Positions 14,617 through 17,381 of a stretch of 17,381 nucleotides of DNA are shown piece after piece (the stretch's first letter is position 1; every line of letters starts with the position of its first letter). The translations under genes and the position numbers were made by a program. The notes beneath the pieces were generated by a model, which worked only from the letters and a program-made list of their open reading frames with translations, was not told where the DNA came from and did not search any database. Origin of the DNA: Gemmatimonadota bacterium (lineage in GTDB: Bacteria; Gemmatimonadota; Gemmatimonadetes; Gemmatimonadales; GWC2-71-9); the NCBI GenBank assembly GCA_039591655.1, contig JBDHDE010000068.1, positions 1 through 17,381 on the forward strand, given 5' to 3'.

Positions 14617-15678
14617 GTGGAAGGGTCTTCCATCGCGCAGGGCGTCAACTGCCCGATTCCGAAGACGCAGTACGACCGGGTGCAGCTGGGGCACGGCTCG
14701 GGCGGCAAGATGAGCGCGGCGCTGTTGCGGGAGCGCTTCCTGCCCTACTTCACGAACCCGGCGCTGGCCACGCTCACCGATGCTGCGGTGGTGGACGTGG
14801 CGGCGGAACGGCTGGCCGTTTCCACCGACACCTTCGTGGTGCGCCCGCTGGAGTTTCCCGGCGGCAACATCGGTTCGCTGGCCGTCCACGGCACGCTCAA
14901 CGACGTCGCGATGATGGGAGCCGTGCCGCGCTACCTCACCGCCGGGTTCGTGCTGGAGGAGGGCCTGGAGATGGACGTGCTGGACCGCGTTCTCCAGGCG
15001 ATGGCCCGGGCCGTACAGGAGGCCGGGGTGCCGGTCGTCGCCGGCGACACGAAGGTGGTGGAGCGGGGCAAGGCCGACGGCGTGTTCATCAACACCACGG
15101 GCGTGGGGGAGCTCGATCCGTCGTTCATGCCGGCGCCGGAGCGGGCGCGGCAGGGCGACGCCGTCATCGTGAGCGGGCCCATCGGCCGCCACGGCATCGC
15201 GGTGATGGCCGTGCGGGAGGGGCTCGCGTTGGAGGTCGAGATCGAGAGCGACGCCGCGACGCTCTGCCCGCTGGTGGAGCTGCTGCGGGAGCGCGTCGGA
15301 CCGGCAGTGCACGTGCTGCGGGACCCCACGAGAGGCGGGATGGCCTCCGCCCTGAACGAGATCGCGGGGGCGGCAGGCGTGGGTGTGGAGCTGGAAGAGA
15401 GCCGGCTCCCGATTCCCGGCCCAGTGGCGGCCGCCTGCGAGCTCCTGGGGTTCGATCCCCTGTACGTGGCCAACGAAGGGATCCTCGTGGCCTTCGTGGA
15501 ACAGTCTGCGGCCGATGATGCCGTGGCGGCTCTCCGGTCGCACGCGTTGGGTGAGGGGGCTGCGGTGATCGGGCGGGTGGTACCGGAGCACCCCGGCCTC
15601 GTGGCTCTCAAGACTGCGATCGGGGGCACGCGGGTGGTGGACGTGCTGCCCGGAGACCAGCTACCCAGGATCTGCTAG
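14617..15678 (+). CDS. hypE: Carbamoyl dehydratase HypE
   Basis: HGSGG, STDTFVV.PLEFPGGNIG, GDTKVV, RDPTRGG, ANEG and C-terminal LPRIC motifs. The GTG start directly follows the hypD stop. Confidence 0.96.
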   Translation: MEGSSIAQGVNCPIPKTQYDRVQLGHGSGGKMSAALLRERFLPYFTNPALATLTDAAVVDVAAERLAVSTDTFVVRPLEFPGGNIGSLAVHGTLNDVAMMGAVPRYLTAGFVLEEGLEMDVLDRVLQAMARAVQEAGVPVVAGDTKVVERGKADGVFINTTGVGELDPSFMPAPERARQGDAVIVSGPIGRHGIAVMAVREGLALEVEIESDAATLCPLVELLRERVGPAVHVLRDPTRGGMASALNEIAGAAGVGVELEESRLPIPGPVAAACELLGFDPLYVANEGILVAFVEQSAADDAVAALRSHALGEGAAVIGRVVPEHPGLVALKTAIGGTRVVDVLPGDQLPRIC

Positions 15679-15731
15679 ACCGCGCGGCAGCCATCCCGTG
15701 CTTCGACGGGGCCCCGGGAGAGCGGTAGGGG

Positions 15732-15992
15732 TCAGGCCAGGCGGCCGCGGGGCAGCAGCGCCTCCGCCATGAGGGTGCGCTCGGTGTTGCTGGCCACTTC
15801 CCACTTCGTAGCCGCTTCCTCGGCCTTGCCCTGAGGCAGCACGACCCAGCGGTGCTCGTCCTCAGGACCCACGGCGGTGAGTACGATTACACGCCCGCCC
15901 GGTCCCGGGGGCGAGCCGTGCAGATAGTACGACACGTCGCCCTCCTTCCAGGCGACGATCTGCGCGAGGCCGAAGTGGTTGTCGGTGGCCAT
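15732..15992 (-). CDS. Small hypothetical protein (86 aa)
   Basis: MATDNHFGLAQIVAWKEGDVSYYLHG...; protein-like composition. It fills the gap between hypE and the TPR gene. No clear RBS; start uncertain. Confidence 0.55.
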   Translation of the reverse strand: MATDNHFGLAQIVAWKEGDVSYYLHGSPPGPGGRVIVLTAVGPEDEHRWVVLPQGKAEEAATKWEVASNTERTLMAEALLPRGRLA

Positions 15993-16105
15993 GGTTAGCT
16001 GTCGAGTGCCAAACCCCAAGTAAGTGCCCCGCGGCCGCAGCGGCTAGGCCAGATGTGGGGCACGACGTGCGGTGATTGGGACATTCCCGCCCCCGAGCCG
16101 CCGCT

Positions 16106-17380
16106 TCACCCCTCCAGCCGCATCTTGCGGATCAGCGCGGCAAACCGTGGATGGCCCCGCAGGGGATCGAGCAGCGGCTCCACTGTGAGGTAGGCAAGCC
16201 AGCCGCGGCGCTCCTCGTGGGCCCGCTCCAGCCACCCCAGGGCCTCATCGACTCGGCCCAGCCCGACGAGGATGGTCACCAGGGCCACCGGCGAGACGTA
16301 CTGCTCCCGGACGCGGTCCTCCAGCTCCCGTAGCCGCTCCTCCGCGGCCGCACCGTCGCCCCGCCGGGCGGCGAGGTAGCCCAGGGCTGCAACCACGTAG
16401 GGGGATTCCTTCGCCCCCAGATGCGTAGCCAATGCCTGGCGTAGGGCGGTCTCCGCCGCGTCGAACGCACCCCGCTGGGTGTGCGCGAGACCGAGCACGC
16501 GGTGGTTCTCGCTGGACGTCGGATCCATCGTGAGGGCCCGCTGGAGGTGCTCCACCGCTGTGTCATAGCGCCGGGCGTAGTAGTACAGCCAACCCATGGA
16601 GCGCCGGACCGAGACGGAGGCGGGGTCGAACTCCAGGGCCGCACGCCCCTCGGCCAAAGCTTCCTCGGTGCGACCCAGGGCCGTCAGGAGCCAGGCATGC
16701 CATTGGCGCGCCGTGGCGTAACGCGGGTTCAAGTCGATGGCCCGGCGGAACTCCGCCTCGGCGAGCGCCCAGTCCCAATCGTAGATGAACGTCACCCAGG
16801 CCAGAGAGGTGTGGGCCTCGGCCAGGGTCTCGTCCAGCTCCAGCGCCTTGCGGGCCTCGGCCTTGGCCCGCTGCATCCCCTCGGCGGCGGGGATCCCGCG
16901 GTAGTCGACTTGAATGGCGTGGCAGTCGGCGAGGCCGCTGTAGGCCAGGGCGTACTCGGGGTCCTCGGCGATCGCCTGCTCGAAGCACTCGATGGCCTGG
17001 GCGATCCCGGCCTGGGTCCGCTGATTCCAGAAGTAGCGCCCTTTGAGGTAGAGATTGTACGCCACGACGTTCTCGGTATAGCGCCGCGAGACGAGCTCGC
17101 CCAGATCACCCAACAGCGTCGTCCGCAGCGTCTCGACGATGGTACGGGCGATCTCGTCCTCCACCGCAAACACGTCCTCGATTTCGCGGTCGTAGCGCTC
17201 CGACCAGAGAAGGCGGCCGTCCGCCACGTTGGTGAGCTGGGCGGTGATGCGCAGCCGCCGGTCCGCTTTGCGCAGCGTGCCCTCGAGGATCGCCGAGACG
17301 TTGAGCAGGGCCCCGATCGAGCGAACGTCCCTGGCGCTTCCCTTGAGGGCGAACACGGAGGTGCGGGAGGCGATGTGGAG
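16106..17380 (-). CDS. TolB-like N-terminal domain + TPR protein, 5'-truncated by the window edge; probably the C-terminal part of a Ser/Thr kinase or adenylate cyclase-type sensor
   Basis: Frame is open to the window end (LHIASRTSVFALKG...). Motifs LEGTLRK...RLRITAQL, LWSERYDR, AYNLYLKGRYFW and YDWDW..AE.EFRRAIDLNP, TPR repeats, and terminal LDPLRGHPRF. Confidence 0.88.
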   Translation of the reverse strand, partial: LHIASRTSVFALKGSARDVRSIGALLNVSAILEGTLRKADRRLRITAQLTNVADGRLLWSERYDREIEDVFAVEDEIARTIVETLRTTLLGDLGELVSRRYTENVVAYNLYLKGRYFWNQRTQAGIAQAIECFEQAIAEDPEYALAYSGLADCHAIQVDYRGIPAAEGMQRAKAEARKALELDETLAEAHTSLAWVTFIYDWDWALAEAEFRRAIDLNPRYATARQWHAWLLTALGRTEEALAEGRAALEFDPASVSVRRSMGWLYYYARRYDTAVEHLQRALTMDPTSSENHRVLGLAHTQRGAFDAAETALRQALATHLGAKESPYVVAALGYLAARRGDGAAAEERLRELEDRVREQYVSPVALVTILVGLGRVDEALGWLERAHEERRGWLAYLTVEPLLDPLRGHPRFAALIRKMRLEG

Positions 17381-17381
17381 G

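Noticed and set aside
13435..15591. 718-aa minus-strand ORF, and other long antisense ORFs such as 6470-8134 and 5412-6428
   Set aside because: These are shadow frames of well-supported + strand genes in high-GC DNA. They have no recognisable motifs and are His/Arg/Gly-biased.
15695..15710. Hairpin CCCGT-GCTTCG-ACGGG after hypE as an intrinsic terminator
   Set aside because: The stem is only 5 bp with no U-tract on either strand, which is insufficient support.
3916..15731. Hydrogenase locus as a mobile element or genomic island
   Set aside because: No integrase, transposase, tRNA or flanking direct repeats were seen. Only the nitrilase scar hints at rearrangement.
15996..16012. Sigma-54-like TTGGCAC upstream of the 86-aa ORF (minus strand)
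   Set aside because: GG-to-GC spacing is 9 rather than the required 10, there is no TTGC, and it is too close to the start codon.

Overview
High-GC bacterial window, probably Gemmatimonadota or a similar lineage; this is inferred from the Hanks-type Ser/Thr kinase and the kinase-associated TPR/TolB-like proteins. The core (5361-15678, + strand) is a complete membrane-bound group 1 [NiFe]-hydrogenase locus: Tat-exported small subunit, large subunit, HyaC-type cytochrome b and maturation endopeptidase. These are followed by an unexpected lipoprotein monoheme cytochrome c and, after a 161-bp spacer, hypA-B-F-C-D-E. Three things stand out. The small subunit has Asn in place of a proximal-cluster Cys (CAGN) and lacks the extra O2-tolerance cysteines, which suggests group 1f. 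The cytochrome c is embedded in the operon. HypA is only 86 aa, with the whole zinc-finger domain cleanly missing. The left flank holds a partial TPR protein, an orphan CheR-type methyltransferase, a membrane Ser/Thr kinase, a nitrilase N-terminal gene remnant missed by the ORF track, and small hypothetical ORFs. The right flank holds a small hypothetical ORF and a partial TolB-like/TPR protein. No RNA genes, CRISPR arrays or mobile elements were seen.
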